Position numbers and translations under genes: made by a program. The notes under the pieces are model-generated. The model did not search any database. It saw only the letters and a program-made list of their open reading frames with translations, and was not told the origin of the DNA. A stretch of 64,000 nt of DNA from Squalus acanthias (lineage: Eukaryota), in assembly GCA_030390025.1 (NCBI GenBank), contig CM059427.1, forward strand, positions 20,956,001 through 21,020,000, read 5' to 3'. How positions within the stretch are numbered: position 1 is the stretch's first letter; the number at the start of each line of letters is the position of its first letter. Shown in pieces: positions 1 through 11,557 of this stretch.

Positions 1-246
1 TTCACACTCTGCTTATCTTTACCCAAATCACTACACTGCTCCATTGCATTGACTTTTCTCTTTAGATTTCTTAGTGTAAGTAAGTAGGGTGAGAGGTTTT
101 ATTGAGCAGAGCATTCATGGTGATCGCACTGCCTAGTAGGACGTTAAAATGTCATCGGGGTCCTGTGTACATCATAGGACCCAGATTTGCATGAATTCAC
201 GAGGCTCCCACCTGATTCAGACAGGCACCTCAAATGCCCAGCAGTA

Positions 247-318
247 AGCTGATTGAATGGTGGAGCAAGCTCGAAGGGTCAAGTGGCCTACTCCTGCTCC
301 TATTTCTTATGTTCCTAA
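247..318 (+). mobile_element. CR1 LINE 3' tail fragment
   Basis: tgattgaatggtggagcaagctcgaagggtc...ggcctactcctgctcctatttcttatgttc matches the 3' ends of longer CR1 copies in this window (15415-15490, 57255-57334). Confidence 0.75.
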
Positions 319-1000
319 GCTGTGGGAAAAATGGCGGCAGAGCAGGAATGAGCAGTACTAATTTGTTACTACTTAAAAAAAGGAAAACCATGATCCTGGT
401 TAGGAAATCTATTGTGGCAAGCTTCTCAGTATCAGCAAATAGCCTTCTAAAAGCAAAGTGAAGGGGTCTAGGCATGCTTTGTGAGATAGATTGTATCCAT
501 CTAGCATTTAAAATATTTGTTCGTTAGCACTTATTTGTAATTATAAAACTTAAAGCACTGGTAATGCAGTTGGACAGCTTCTGTTTATTTTTTGAAGTAT
601 CTGTGCCTTCATTCTGCCCATTATGTGGCAATGGCTCAATTCAATTTTCTTCAGAATGTTTTATCTAGATATTTTTTTATGATATTTCCCCCAAAGCACA
701 TATTCATTTCAAACTGGGCCATATAACTAATTGATAAGTTATAATTAAATTGTGTATTTGCACTCTTTTCTTTTGCTTATTATTTAGAATGCTTGTGTTA
801 TTGTTTTGTTCTGTATTTTTGAGGGCTGCAGTACTGTTATTGAATCAAAATAAAATAAAGAACAGTTTTAATGTATCCAGAGAATATAATGAATTGTGTC
901 GTTCCATAAATTTCTATATTTGTACTTAAAAGATTCACCATTATTAGCATGAAAATTGTTTTGGCAGACGTTACATGTTCAGCATCTTGAGCACACTTTG

Positions 1001-1183
1001 AATTTTTTTTTATTCGTTCATGGGATGTGGGTGTCGCTGGCAAGGCCAGCATTTATTGCCCATCCCTAATTGCCCTTGAGAAGGTGGTGGTGAGCCACCT
1101 TCTTGAACCGCTGCAGTCCGTGTGGTGAAGGTACTCCCACAGTGCTGTTAGGGAGGGAGTTCCAGGATTTTGACCCAGTGACG
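1001..1183 (-). mobile_element. CR1-group LINE 'family B' 3' end fragment
   Basis: Reverse complement matches the 3' ends at 1900-2084 and 12640-12825 (gggcaataaatgctggccttgccagcgac...cccatgaa plus A-rich tail). Confidence 0.85.
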
Positions 1184-1582
1184 AATGTTGTAAAAAATAT
1201 CTGGCTGCTTAAAAAATTTACTTTAATTCCCTTTTTGGGTACATATTCAATGAGAAAGTATTCACTGAGCCACCATTTAATATGATCACTCCACAAAGCT
1301 GTGACACATATATTCCACTCATTTAAATTGTTAAATAATTTATTTCAACTTCACCAAATTACATCTTTTCAATAAATATTTACAGTGATTTTTTAAAATC
1401 ACATTCATATTCATCCTACCTTGCATATTTGGAATGGCAGGATAGTTCAGCCCATCAATATCTTCCCAGGACATTGCCAATTCAACGCCTTTGTCAAAAT
1501 ACCACATGGTTGTACTTGACAGCATGGGCAAAGGTCTCCTTGATAACTAGATTTGCATCTTTCCCTCATGACCCAGCTAAGA

Positions 1583-2084
1583 TGGGCAAATGCCTGGGTG
1601 AGTGCAGCTCCAACAACACTCACGAGGCTCGACACCATCCAGGACAAAGCAGCCCACTTGATTGGCACCCCATCCACCACCTTAAACATTCACTCGCTGT
1701 ACCACCGGCGTACTGTGGCTGCAGTGTGTACCATCTACAAGATGCACTGCAGCAACTCACCGAGGATTCTTCGGCAGCACCTCCCAAACCCAGGACCTCT
1801 TCCACCTAGAAGGACGAGGGCAGCAGGCGCATGGGAACACCACCACCTCCAAGTTCCCCTCTAAGTCACACACCATCCTGACTTAGAAGTATATCAATTT
1901 CATCGTCACTGGATCAAAATCCTGGAAATCCCTCCCTAACAGCACTGTGGGAGTACCTTCACCACACGGACTGCAGCGGTTCAAGAAGGCAGCTCACCAC
2001 CGCCTTCTCAAGGGCAATTAAGGTGGGCAATAAATGCTGGCCTTGCCAGCGACGCCTGCATCCCATAAAACGAATTTAAAAAAA
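1583..2084 (+). mobile_element. CR1-group LINE 'family B', 5'-truncated
   Basis: Encodes the ORF2 C-terminal AWVSAAPTTLTRLDTIQDKAAHLIG...; near-identical to 12325-12825; ends in an A-rich tail. Confidence 0.85.
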
Positions 2085-2112
2085 TGTAACTCCCAATGGA
2101 AGCCTGAGTGCA

Positions 2113-2265
2113 GAACATAGGAACAGGAATAGACCATTCAGCCCCTCAAACCTGTTACGCCTTTCAATTAAATCATGGCTTATCTGTAACTTAACTCCAT
2201 TTACCCACCTTGCTTCCTTTAATACCCTTACCCAACAATAATCTATCAATCTCCATTTTGAAATC
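2113..2265 (-). mobile_element. Old CR1 3' fragment
   Basis: gaacataggaacaggaatagaccattcagcccctc is the reverse complement of the CR1 3' tail motif. Confidence 0.7.
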
Positions 2266-2418
2266 CTATCAGTTGGTTCTTAGTGAAGAGGCAAACATTC
2301 GAGCTTTGTAGCCGACAGGCTATATTGCCATGTTATATATTATTTTTAAGGGGGTAGTACATTATGAGCATATCTACATTACAGAAAATTAGAAAACAAG
2401 AGCAAGAAAGGAAATAAT

Positions 2419-3095
2419 GGTCCAGAATTTGCGGTTGTAATGACTGTGAAACTGTCAACGTCAGCGTCATTACAACTGTGAATCTGACAGCAACTTCTTG
2501 AGTATGCACATGCGCAGTTAAATGTGGAAGTTACTGCCAGTCATTCTCTGCTCCTCCACAGGATGTGCTACGCTGGAATAATCTGTTAAAAACCCTCGAA
2601 AAAGTCAGCCCTTGTTGAATGAGGTGTAACTGGATTTTTAACAGCGTACTGAGTCATAATTACTGCTGAACAACCATTCTAGCCCTGAAAAATTAACTTT
2701 ATATTTGTGGAATATAAAATTTTAAAAATTCCATGATTTTTAATATAATTTTTTTAAGTTTGTTTATGATATTTCAGCTTCTAACTTAATCTCATGTGTA
2801 TGTTCCAATCTTTATTTCACTATCTGTAAAATTATTAAAAAGCGAAGGACAATCAGTGCATTTTACTTCGTGCTTTGCTGTCTGTGAGAATTCTTCAATG
2901 TGATTGGCTGCTTAGCCAGCTTGATTACATCACTGTTGCTGGATGCTGGAGATTCCCTAGACTTGGCATCTGATTCAAATTAACGTCAGGAGAGGTGAAA
3001 TCGACGCCACAGAGATCGCTAGATCTTTGTGGGCAACTTTCTTCGAGGTCAGTGGCAAGCGCCATCACTTTGCCGCTGACCGCAAATTCCGGGCC
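2419..3095. mobile_element. Harbinger-type MITE (family H2), copy 1
   Basis: TIRs GGTCCAGAATTTGCGGT / GGCCCGGAATTTGCGGT; 3-bp TSD AAT on both sides; homologous to 30347-31110. Confidence 0.8.
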
Positions 3096-3365
3096 AATGT
3101 AAAATAATTGAATCGATTAGGAGTAAACTTGAGGACCATCTGTACAATAACAATCGAGTAAACAGTTGTCAACAAGGATTCAGAAGGGGAAGATCCTGTC
3201 TGATCAACCTACTTGACTTCTTTGAGGAAGTGACAATCCAAGTGGACAGTGAAAACCCTATGACTTAGTGTATCTTAACTTCCAAAAAGCTTTTGATAAA
3301 GTTCCATGCAAAAAGCTATTAGTTAAATTCAATGCTGTGGGAATTCAGGATAAATCCTTAGAATG

Positions 3366-3795
3366 CCGAGGCATAGAATATAAGAGCAGGGAGGTTATGA
3401 TGGAGCTGTACAAAACGCTAGTTAGGCCACAGATGGAATACTGTGTGCAGTTCTGGTCGCCACACTATAGGAAGGATGTGATTGCATTGGAGAGGGTGCA
3501 GAGGAAATTCACCAGGATGTTACCTGGGCTGCAGCGCTTCAGCTATGAAGAGAGACTGGACAGGCTGGGGTTGTTTTCCTTAGAGCAGAGAAGGCTGAGG
3601 GGGGACCTGATTGAGGGGCATAGATAGGGTAGATAGAAAGGAACTTTTCCCCTTAGTAGAGGGGTCAATAACCAGGGGGCATAGTTTCAAGGTAAGGGGC
3701 AGGAGGTTTAGAGGGGATTTGAGGAAAAAACTTTTTCACCCAGAGGGTGGTTGGAATCTGGAACTCACTGCCTGAAAGGGTGGTAGAGGCAGGAA
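3366..3795 (+). mobile_element. Internal fragment of a younger CR1 (same subfamily as 58444-61493)
   Basis: [36 protein letters not shown]... is nearly identical to the 579-aa ORF at 58521-60260; the 3' tail is absent. Confidence 0.8.
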
Positions 3796-3892
3796 ACTGG
3801 TTGAAGGATAGGCAAAAGTACTCAATAGAGGAGTTATGACAGAGTGGGGGAGAAATTATTGAGTGGGGCACTTCAGGGTTTGGTGTTGGGAC

Positions 3893-4041
3893 CAATGTTC
3901 CCGTTTAGCTGTGCGGCCGTGCTCTCGCGCAGGTCGCTTGCTGGTTTCTCAATGGAAAAAATGCGCATGCGCAGAAGTTTGAATGAGCCACGCAGCCCCT
4001 TAAAGGGGCCATGCACCCAAAAAAACATTAGCGGAATATTG
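3893..4041. mobile_element. Small hAT-type MITE
   Basis: TIRs CAATGTTCCC.. / CAATATTCCG..; 8-bp TSD GTTGGGAC (3885-3892) vs GTTGGAAC (4042-4049); it interrupts the QGxVLGP motif of the old CR1. Confidence 0.7.
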
Positions 4042-5046
4042 GTTGGAACTACTAATTGCTAATTTACATAAATGACCTAGATTCAGAAACTCAATGCAAA
4101 GTGGTGAAATTTGCAGTTTATGCCAGACCAGGAGGGTTAGTGGAATTGGAAGAAACAGCTCCGGAATTACAGAATGAGTTGGATAAGATATGAAAGTGAA
4201 CAGAATAATGGCAGATGAAATATGATGCAGACATGTAAAGTGTTATACATAGGAAGGAGAAATAGATGACATTCATATTCCATGAATGGTGCTGAAATAG
4301 CTAAGGATGAATCTGAAAGAGAACTAGATTTTTAGTACACTCGAGGCTATACAAGTCCAATGCAGAGCAGCAATCAAACAAGTCAATAGGATGTTGAGTA
4401 CACAGCCAACAGAGTAGAATATAAAATCAGAGGAGTTGTGATCAAATTTAACAGTGCTCTGGTTGAACCACACCTTGAATACTACATCTAGTTCTAGTTG
4501 CTAAGAAACAAGAAAGAGACAGTCAAGTGCCGGAGGCAGTGCAGAAAAGAGGCATGAGGCTGATCTCTAGTCTCAGAGCTCTGAGTTTTGAAGAAAGATG
4601 GAGAAACTTAGGGTTTTCAGCCTGGTAAGGAGACAACTGGGAGATGATCTTATAGAGGTATACAAGATTTTTAAGGGTATAGAAAAAGTTAACAACAATT
4701 TGCATTTATATAGCGCCTTTAACGTAGTAAAACATCGTAAGGTGCTTCACAGTAGCGTTATAAAACAGAATTTGACACCGAGCCACATAAGGAGATATTA
4801 GGGCAGACTTGGTCAAAGAGGTAGGTTTTAAGGAGCGTCTTAAAGGAAGAAAGAGAGGTAGAGAGGTGGAGAGGTTTAAGGAGGAAATTCCCGAGCTTAG
4901 GGCCTAGGCAACAGAAGGCACAGCCACCAATGGTGGAGTGATTAAAATCAGGGATGCGCAAGAGGTCAGAATTAGAGGAGCACAGATTTCTCAAAGGGAT
5001 GTGGGGCTGGAGAAGATTACAGAGATAGGGAGGGGCAAAGCCATGG

Positions 5047-5636
5047 AAACATAGAAACATAGAAAAATAGGAGCAGGAGTAGGCCATTCGGCCCTTCGAG
5101 CCTGCTCTGCCATTCAATATGATCATGGCTGATCCTCTAGTTCAATGCTATATTCCTGCTCTCTCCCCATACCCCTTGATGCCTTTTGTGTCTAGAAATC
5201 TATCTATCTCCTTCTTAAATATATTCAGTGACTTGGCCTCCACATCCTTGTGTGGTAGAGAATTCCACAGGTTCACCACCCTCTGAGTGAAGAAATTTCT
5301 CCTCATCTCAGTCCTAAATGTCCTACCCTGTATCCTGAGACTGTGACCCCTCGTTCTAGACCCTCCAGCCAGGGGAAACATCCTCCCTGCATCCAGTCTG
5401 TCTAGCCCTGTCAGAATTTTATACGTTTCAATGAGATCCCCTCTCATTCTTCTAAACTCTAGTAAATACAGGCCTAGTTGACCCAATCTCTCCTCATACG
5501 ACAGTCCTGCCATCCCAGGAATCATTCTGGTGAATCTTCACTGCACTCCCTCTATGACAAGTATATCCTTTCTTAGGTAAGGAGACCAAAACTGCACACA
5601 GTACTCCAGGTGTGGTCTCACCAAGGCCCTGTATAA
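5047..5636 (-). mobile_element. CR1 3' fragment nested in L2
   Basis: 125-aa ORF 5148-5525 is highly similar to the C-terminus of ORF2 at 54295-57231; (CTATGTTT)n tail. Confidence 0.9.
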
Positions 5637-6170
5637 CAGTTGCCAGGGAGTGGGATGGAGTCAGTGGCTAAGGAACAGAGTTTGTGGCGGGGACCAAAGA
5701 GGGATTTGAAAACAAGGATGAGAATTTTTAAATTGTGGCATTGCTTAACCGGGAGCCAATGTAGGTCAGTGAGCACAGAGGTGATGGGTGAACGGGGCTT
5801 GGTGTGAGTTAGGACACGGGTAGTAGAGTTTGGGGATGACCTCAAGCTTACGTAGGGTAGAACATGGAAGGCTGGTCAGCAGTGCACTGGAATAGTCACG
5901 TCTAGAGGTAACAAAGGCATGGATAAGGGATTCAGCAGCAGATCAGCTGAGGTGGGGCGGAGTCAAGCAATGTTCCGGAGATGAAAATAGGCGGTCTTAG
6001 TGATGGCGCGGATATGTGGTCGGAAGCTCATCTCGGGGTCAAATATGCCACCAAGGTTGCGAACAGTCTGGTTCAGCCTCAGACAGTTGCCAGGGAGAGG
6101 GATGGGGGTCAGTGGCTAAGGAACGGAGTTTGTGGCGGGGACCAAAGACAATGGTTTTGGTCTTCCCAAT

Positions 6171-6282
6171 ATAGAAACATAGAAACATAGAAGATAGGAG
6201 CAGGAGTAGGCCATTCGGCCCCTCGAGCCTGCTCCGCCATTCGATGAGATCATGGCTGATCATCCAAACTCAGTACCCTGTA
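6171..6282 (-). mobile_element. Short CR1 3' tail nested in L2
   Basis: CR1 3'UTR plus CTATGTTT repeats interrupting the L2 reading frame. Confidence 0.8.
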
Positions 6283-7164
6283 GTTGGTGTAAATTTCTGC
6301 TCATCCAGTACTGGATGTCGGACAAGCAGTCTGATGATTTAGAGACAGTGGAGGGGTTGAGAGAGGTGGTGGTGTGGTAGAGCTTGGTGTCGTCAGCATA
6401 CATGTGGAAACTGACGCTGTTGTTTTCAGATGATGTTGGCGAGCGGCAGCATGTAGATGAGAAATAGGAGGGGGCCAAGGATAGATCCTTGGGGGACACC
6501 ACAGGTAACCGAGCGGGAGCAGGAAGAGAAGCCGTTGCAGGTGATTCTCTGGCTAGGATTAGATAGATAAGAATGGAACCAGGCGAGTGCAGTCTCACCC
6601 AGCTGAACGACGGTGGAGAAGCGTTGGAGGAGGATGGAGTGGTCCACTGCAGTCAAAGGCTGCAGACAGGTTGAGAAGGATGAGAAACTCAGAATATTAT
6701 ATGAAATTTAACTGTGGGAAAAGAACAAGGGGACACAGGTACAAACTAATAAAAGACAATTTTAGGACTGATAACAGAAGTAGTTTTTCACACAAAGAAT
6801 GATCAACATGTGGAATAAACTTATAATAGAGCAGTGGAGGCAGAAACTCAGAATCATTTAAGAAACAATTGGATGCTACCCTGGGAGGATGTTAGGATCT
6901 CTCTGGATGCATAAATTAAAATGGGCCGAATGGCTTTTCTCTTCTTTAATTATTTTGTGATCCTGTGATACCTTAACTATAGAATCATATTTCTCTGTTT
7001 TATACCCAGATATCTATACATGGTGTAATTGTTTGTATACTGCAGATTTTCATGATTGCTGACTTTTCAAATCAGGAAATGCTCAAGATATATATTATAC
7101 ACAAATGTACAGTCTAAGCCGATTGATTGATAGCAGCTATGAGCCCATCCATGAATCTAAAGTT

Positions 7165-7724
7165 ATGCAAGGTAGCAAGAAATGGCTGAGCGCACTGGAT
7201 ATGGGCCCCGACAACATCCCGGCTATCGCGCTGAAGACTTGTGCTCCAGATCTAGCCGTGCCTCTAGCCAAGCTGTTCCAGTACAGCTACAACACTGGCA
7301 TCTATCCGACAATGTGGAAAACTGCCCAGGTATGTCCTGTCCACAAAAAGCAGGACAAATCCAACCTGGCCAATTACCACCTCATCAGTCTACTCTCAAT
7401 CATCAGCAAAGTGATGGAAGGTGTCATCGACAGTGCTATCAAGCGGCACTTACTCACCAATAACCTGCTCACTGATGCCCAGTTTGGGTTCCGCCAAGAC
7501 CACTCGGCTCCAGACCTCATTACAGCCTTGGTCCAAACATGAACAAAGGAGCTGAATTCCAGAGGTGAGGTGAGAGTGACTGCCCTTGACATCAAGGCAG
7601 CATTTGACCGAGTGTGGCATCAAGGAGCCCTAGTAAAACTGAAGTCAATGGGAATCGGGGGAAAACTCTCCACTGGCTGGAGTCATACCTAGCACAAAGG
7701 AAGATGGTTGTGGTGATTGAAGGT
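7165..7724 (+). mobile_element. CR1-group LINE 'family B' RT fragment
   Basis: GPDNIPAIALKTCAPDLAVPLAKLFQYS...QFGFRQ...DIKAAFDRVWH; overlaps in sequence with 11558-11800. Confidence 0.85.
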
Positions 7725-8250
7725 CGCCTGTCATTTTAATTCACCGCTCCACGCCCACTCAGACCTCACCGTCCTCGGCCTCTTGCATTGTTCCACGGAA
7801 GCTCAGCGTAAGCTCGAGGAACAGCACCTCATCTTCCGATTTGGCACTTTACAGCCTTCCGGACTCAATATCGAGTTCAACAATTTTAGATCATAACCTC
7901 GGCCCCTACCATATACATATATTTTATCCACACTTTTGGTTTGTGCCTTTTCCCCTTTTTTCTCTCTCCCGCATTTCACACTTCTTGAGCCATCTTTTGT
8001 CTCTTAAACTGTCCTATTACCATCTCGTCTCGCCTTGAGTATCTCTTAACGCCTCTTTACTTCTCACAGACCTCCCCTTTTGTTCTTTCATTCCCTCCCC
8101 CAGCCTACAAACTTGCTTTTTCATCTGTTTCATTTCCTGCTTTTTTCTCAGTTCTGACGAAGGGTCTTCGACCTGAAACGTTAACTCTGTTTCTCTCTCC
8201 ACGGATGTTGCCTGGCCTGTTGAGTTTTTCCAGCGCTTTCTGTTGTTATG
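7723..8250 (+). mobile_element. Penelope-like element 3' fragment (GIY-YIG C-terminus plus terminal repeat)
   Basis: 7723-7896 translates VACHFNSPLHAHSDLTVLGLLHCSTEAQRKLEEQHLIFRFGTLQPSGLNIEFNNFRS*, a typical PLE C-terminus; it is followed by a pyrimidine-rich UTR and a hammerhead motif. Confidence 0.8.
8150..8186 (+). ncRNA. Minimal type I hammerhead ribozyme motif (Penelope)
   Basis: AGTT-CTGACGA-AGGGTCTTCGACCT-GAAA-CGTT-AACT: core CUGANGA/GAAA, stem I AGUU/AACU, stem II hairpin, palindromic ACGU stem III. Confidence 0.75.
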
Positions 8251-8282
8251 ACAAATAATTATGCTTCCTTTTAAGGCACTAT

Positions 8283-9075
8283 GGGGGAGAAAGTCGGTAT
8301 CGCCCCGTTTGGGGCGCAATTATCAGCCGGGCGCAAAGTTTAGCGCCTGGCGCTAATTATTGCCTCCGACTGCAAACTTGGCTTCTATCGTCCCTGGAGG
8401 TGATTGGAGCGCTAAATCAGGCGCTACTCACCTCTCTTAAGGCGCTAACGCCGAGGAGCGAGGCACTATCTCAGAGCGCTGGCGAAGCTCATGTGATGTC
8501 AGTCAGCAATGGAACACAGACACACTGGCGCCGGCCAGTTCTTAAAGGGGAGAGTCGATCTTGCTCTCCATCCACACCCTGCTCATTGCAGCCTTGAATC
8601 TCGGCCTGGAGAGACCTGTACATCAAATCTGCTGGAAAGAACAATGGAGAGACCCAGGGAAAGAGCTCAGAGTGCAGCCCCCAAAGTCTCTTCTAAATTG
8701 ATGCAAGGAAGGTCAAATCAAAATGAACCTGCATAGTGCTGCTCAGTGCCCAAAACTCCTTCACGCAGCGATTAATCTAGAAGTCTCTCTCTCTCTCTGA
8801 GAATGCGTGGTGCAAAAATGTCGATGACAAAAAAAGGCAGGAATGGTCGCCTTTAAATAGCACTCCCCCAGTCCCTTCCTGACTGCAAAACGTTCCCCTC
8901 AACCTGTCGTTGCTAGCGGCAGGTGGAAAGGCAGGGGGCGCCACTCAATATCTGGTCCAGGGCACTACCGGGGCGTTGCACGCTCGACTGACGTCACGAT
9001 CTGCGGGCGCAGGAGATCGTGGTAGTGGTGTTTAGGGTGCTAACGGGAGGCGCAAAGCAACCGAATTTTTCCCCC
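8283..9075 (+). mobile_element. Harbinger-type non-autonomous element (family H1), copy 1, with ~100-bp deletion near the right end
   Basis: Termini GGGGGAGAAA..TTTTTCCCCC; collinear with 42895-43783; flanks TAT/AAA do not match. Confidence 0.8.
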
Positions 9076-11039
9076 AAAGTGTCATCAACCTAAGTGTGAC
9101 CAAATTTACTCCATTGCAGCATCTTTGTGCTAGGAAAAGCTAGATGCAAGAATTAAAGCTTATCCCTAATCTTCAACAGAGTTTATGATGCAGTAGTTGT
9201 GACAAGTTCCTTAGAGGGATGGTTCTGGTTAGTGCAAGGTCTGGCCTTAGAGAAGAAAATTGATCAGATTCCTGTGTCTGCAGCAAGTTCTGCCTCTTAC
9301 TGTATGAACATAGAGTAGCATTGCTCACAAGTCTGGAGGAAGATCACTGCTCACTGGTATGCTGCAAGCTGAAGGGGACTGAGTAAATGAAGAAATGAGG
9401 AAGGCATGTTAAAGAAATTATTGACTAAAATTCAGCCAGCTGATGTTAATGTATTTTCTCAGAATTGTGATCAGAATTTTGTTGTCTGCATAATTCCAGA
9501 GGGGTTAATCATCTCTGTTAAAGTATTTGAAATGATGTAGAAGGTGAGGCTCAGCACAATGGGATAACATCAGTTGAATTGTGGTTACCAGCACTGCTGG
9601 TTAATAAAATAGAGAAAACTGTTTAAATGCCTCCAGATGGGATAACCTTTATTAAAACCATTCATCTTTTTAAGAACTGCTGTCAAGAAAAAACCTCTTC
9701 CACATAAACCTTTTGCTAGTGGTTTTGTCTATTCTAGCAATTTAGTAAAAGTCTTTAGTACAGCCATTCATGGTTCTAGTACAGGCTTGAGGTACAAAAC
9801 ATAAAAAAACTCAAAGGATAAACTTGTGGTCTTAAAAGAAAACATATAATTATATAATGATGTATCCAATGTGTTGGATAACATTAATATTTTGTGCTGT
9901 AGAGAATCATGGTTCATTAATTTTGAGTTGGAGCACCTTTAGTGCAGTTAAATGCGAAAACAGACTGTAAATATTCACAATAACTGATTTCTTCACTACA
10001 AGGACTCACCACCTCACCAGATTGAGACAATATTTAACAAGAGTTATTCCAGTAATGCACATCACTGTATGTTTCCAAATCTTAAGTTTAAGGTGGTTAA
10101 ACAAAGTAACAGCTAACCTTTTACTGAATATGAACAGCAAAATATAATGGTACAGTTCAAAAGAAATGATTGATAAAATACCCCTTCCTTACATTAGGAA
10201 CTATTAAGCTCTTCTACTTTGACTTCAGCAAAAAATGCTTTTGTAAAGTTCTTCAATGCAGTTATTGCTAGTAAGATTAGTTATCTAATTTATTCTTGAT
10301 TAAGATTGTAGCTATGCTGTTGCTTTTGCTTAATTGTAAAGTGGTTTCCACTTGATAGTGATGAGAAAATGACAATATATCTCCAGAATCAGATCCAGAT
10401 CTGACTCCAGAATGGTGTGGTGTGAAACCATCTTAGAGAGTTGGTTTTGACACTGCATGCATTTAGTATAATGTCAAACTGGGTTAAAGAGTGCTCATGG
10501 GGTCAATTAAAAACATTTCGGCCTAGAAATTGGAGGTGTTACCACTGGCCGTTAAGGCCCGTTTTGGAAAAAATAAGGCAGCCGCCTCACTTTTGCTCAG
10601 TGCCGGCGGGTCCCACAGTGGCCCCCATTTTTGGCTGGGCGGCAGTGCTGCCAATTTCCGCACTTGATGGGGATATGTAGATTATGCAGATTGTGACGTC
10701 AGTGAGCGTGCAACGCTCAGCTGACGCCCGATCTGCCATTTTTGAGTGCGCCGTTCCACTTACTGGCCTGTGTTAATTACGACCAGCTGACCAAGTGTTC
10801 ACATTGCAGGAAGAAGCCTCCAGCCGTGCTATTTAAAGGGATCATCAGCAACAACGTGCAGCTGACACGCTTTTTCAGTGTGACTGGCTCTATGTAACTT
10901 TCTGCAACTCTACCAGCTTTATAAACTTCTTTCAAGGTCCTAAAGTGACAAGGTGTGTTGGTGCAAGTGGAGAACACCTTCATTCTTATTTAAAGGCTTC
11001 CACTCACTTAATGTGCAGTTGGTGTGAGACCACGGCCAG

Positions 11040-11160
11040 CGCTTCCTGATGGTCAATGCCCGTTATCCCGACAGCAGTCGTGATGCCTTCATCCTGCATC
11101 AGTCCGGCATGCCAGCAATCTCAAGGGTGGCTGCTCGGAGACAAAGGCAATCCCTTAGTG
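11040..11160 (+). pseudogene. Harbinger DDE transposase fragment
   Basis: VNARYPDSSRDAFILHQS and GWLLGDKGNPL resemble the HARBI1/DDE_Tnp_4 motifs PGS.HD and LLGD.GYP. Confidence 0.7.
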
Positions 11161-11557
11161 CCTGTCGTTCGTGTGTTCTTTCCTACGCTAGTGCTCCTAG
11201 GCAGTGCTCCTCCACTGACTGCAGCATGGCTGGTGGAAGGCTGCTGAGTTTCCATCGGGGACACTGCAGATGGCCTTAAAGGTTGACCTCGACCAGCTGT
11301 GGACCTAGAAGCCCGCTGCAGACTGCACCACCTCGGCATGGGCGGCAGCAGTCTGGGCTGGCTTGCTGACAGACAGCGGAGAGGCGATGGCGGAGTGGCA
11401 GTGGTGGGAGTAGGAATGCTGTCATCCTGAGAGAGGACAGCAGGTTCCTGCTCCACAGAGCCACTGCCACTCCCCTGGGGCATCGCCTCAGCATTCCTAA
11501 CAATCTGTTGGAGGACAGATTGCTCGCCTGCTGCGGCACCCTACAAGCCCCTTTCAA

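Larger units (their letters stand above)
4690..6685 (-). mobile_element. L2-clade LINE, 5'-truncated, interrupted by two CR1 insertions
   Basis: GVPQGSILGPLLFLIYMLPL, YADDT, SPITSVLTDLHWLPV and SFKTLLKTYLF motifs typical of L2 ORF2; tail ...aaaggcgctatataaatgcaaattgttgtt. Confidence 0.85.
3097..6970 (+). mobile_element. Old degraded CR1 ORF2/3' end, fragmented by nested insertions (pieces ~3097-3365, 3796-3892, 4042-4690, 6686-6970)
   Basis: Decayed RT motifs (SCLINLLDFFEE, YLNFQKAFDKVP, QGLVLG..IYINDL, RTRGH) occur in order across the pieces, and a CR1-like tail is present near 6920-6970. Confidence 0.75.
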
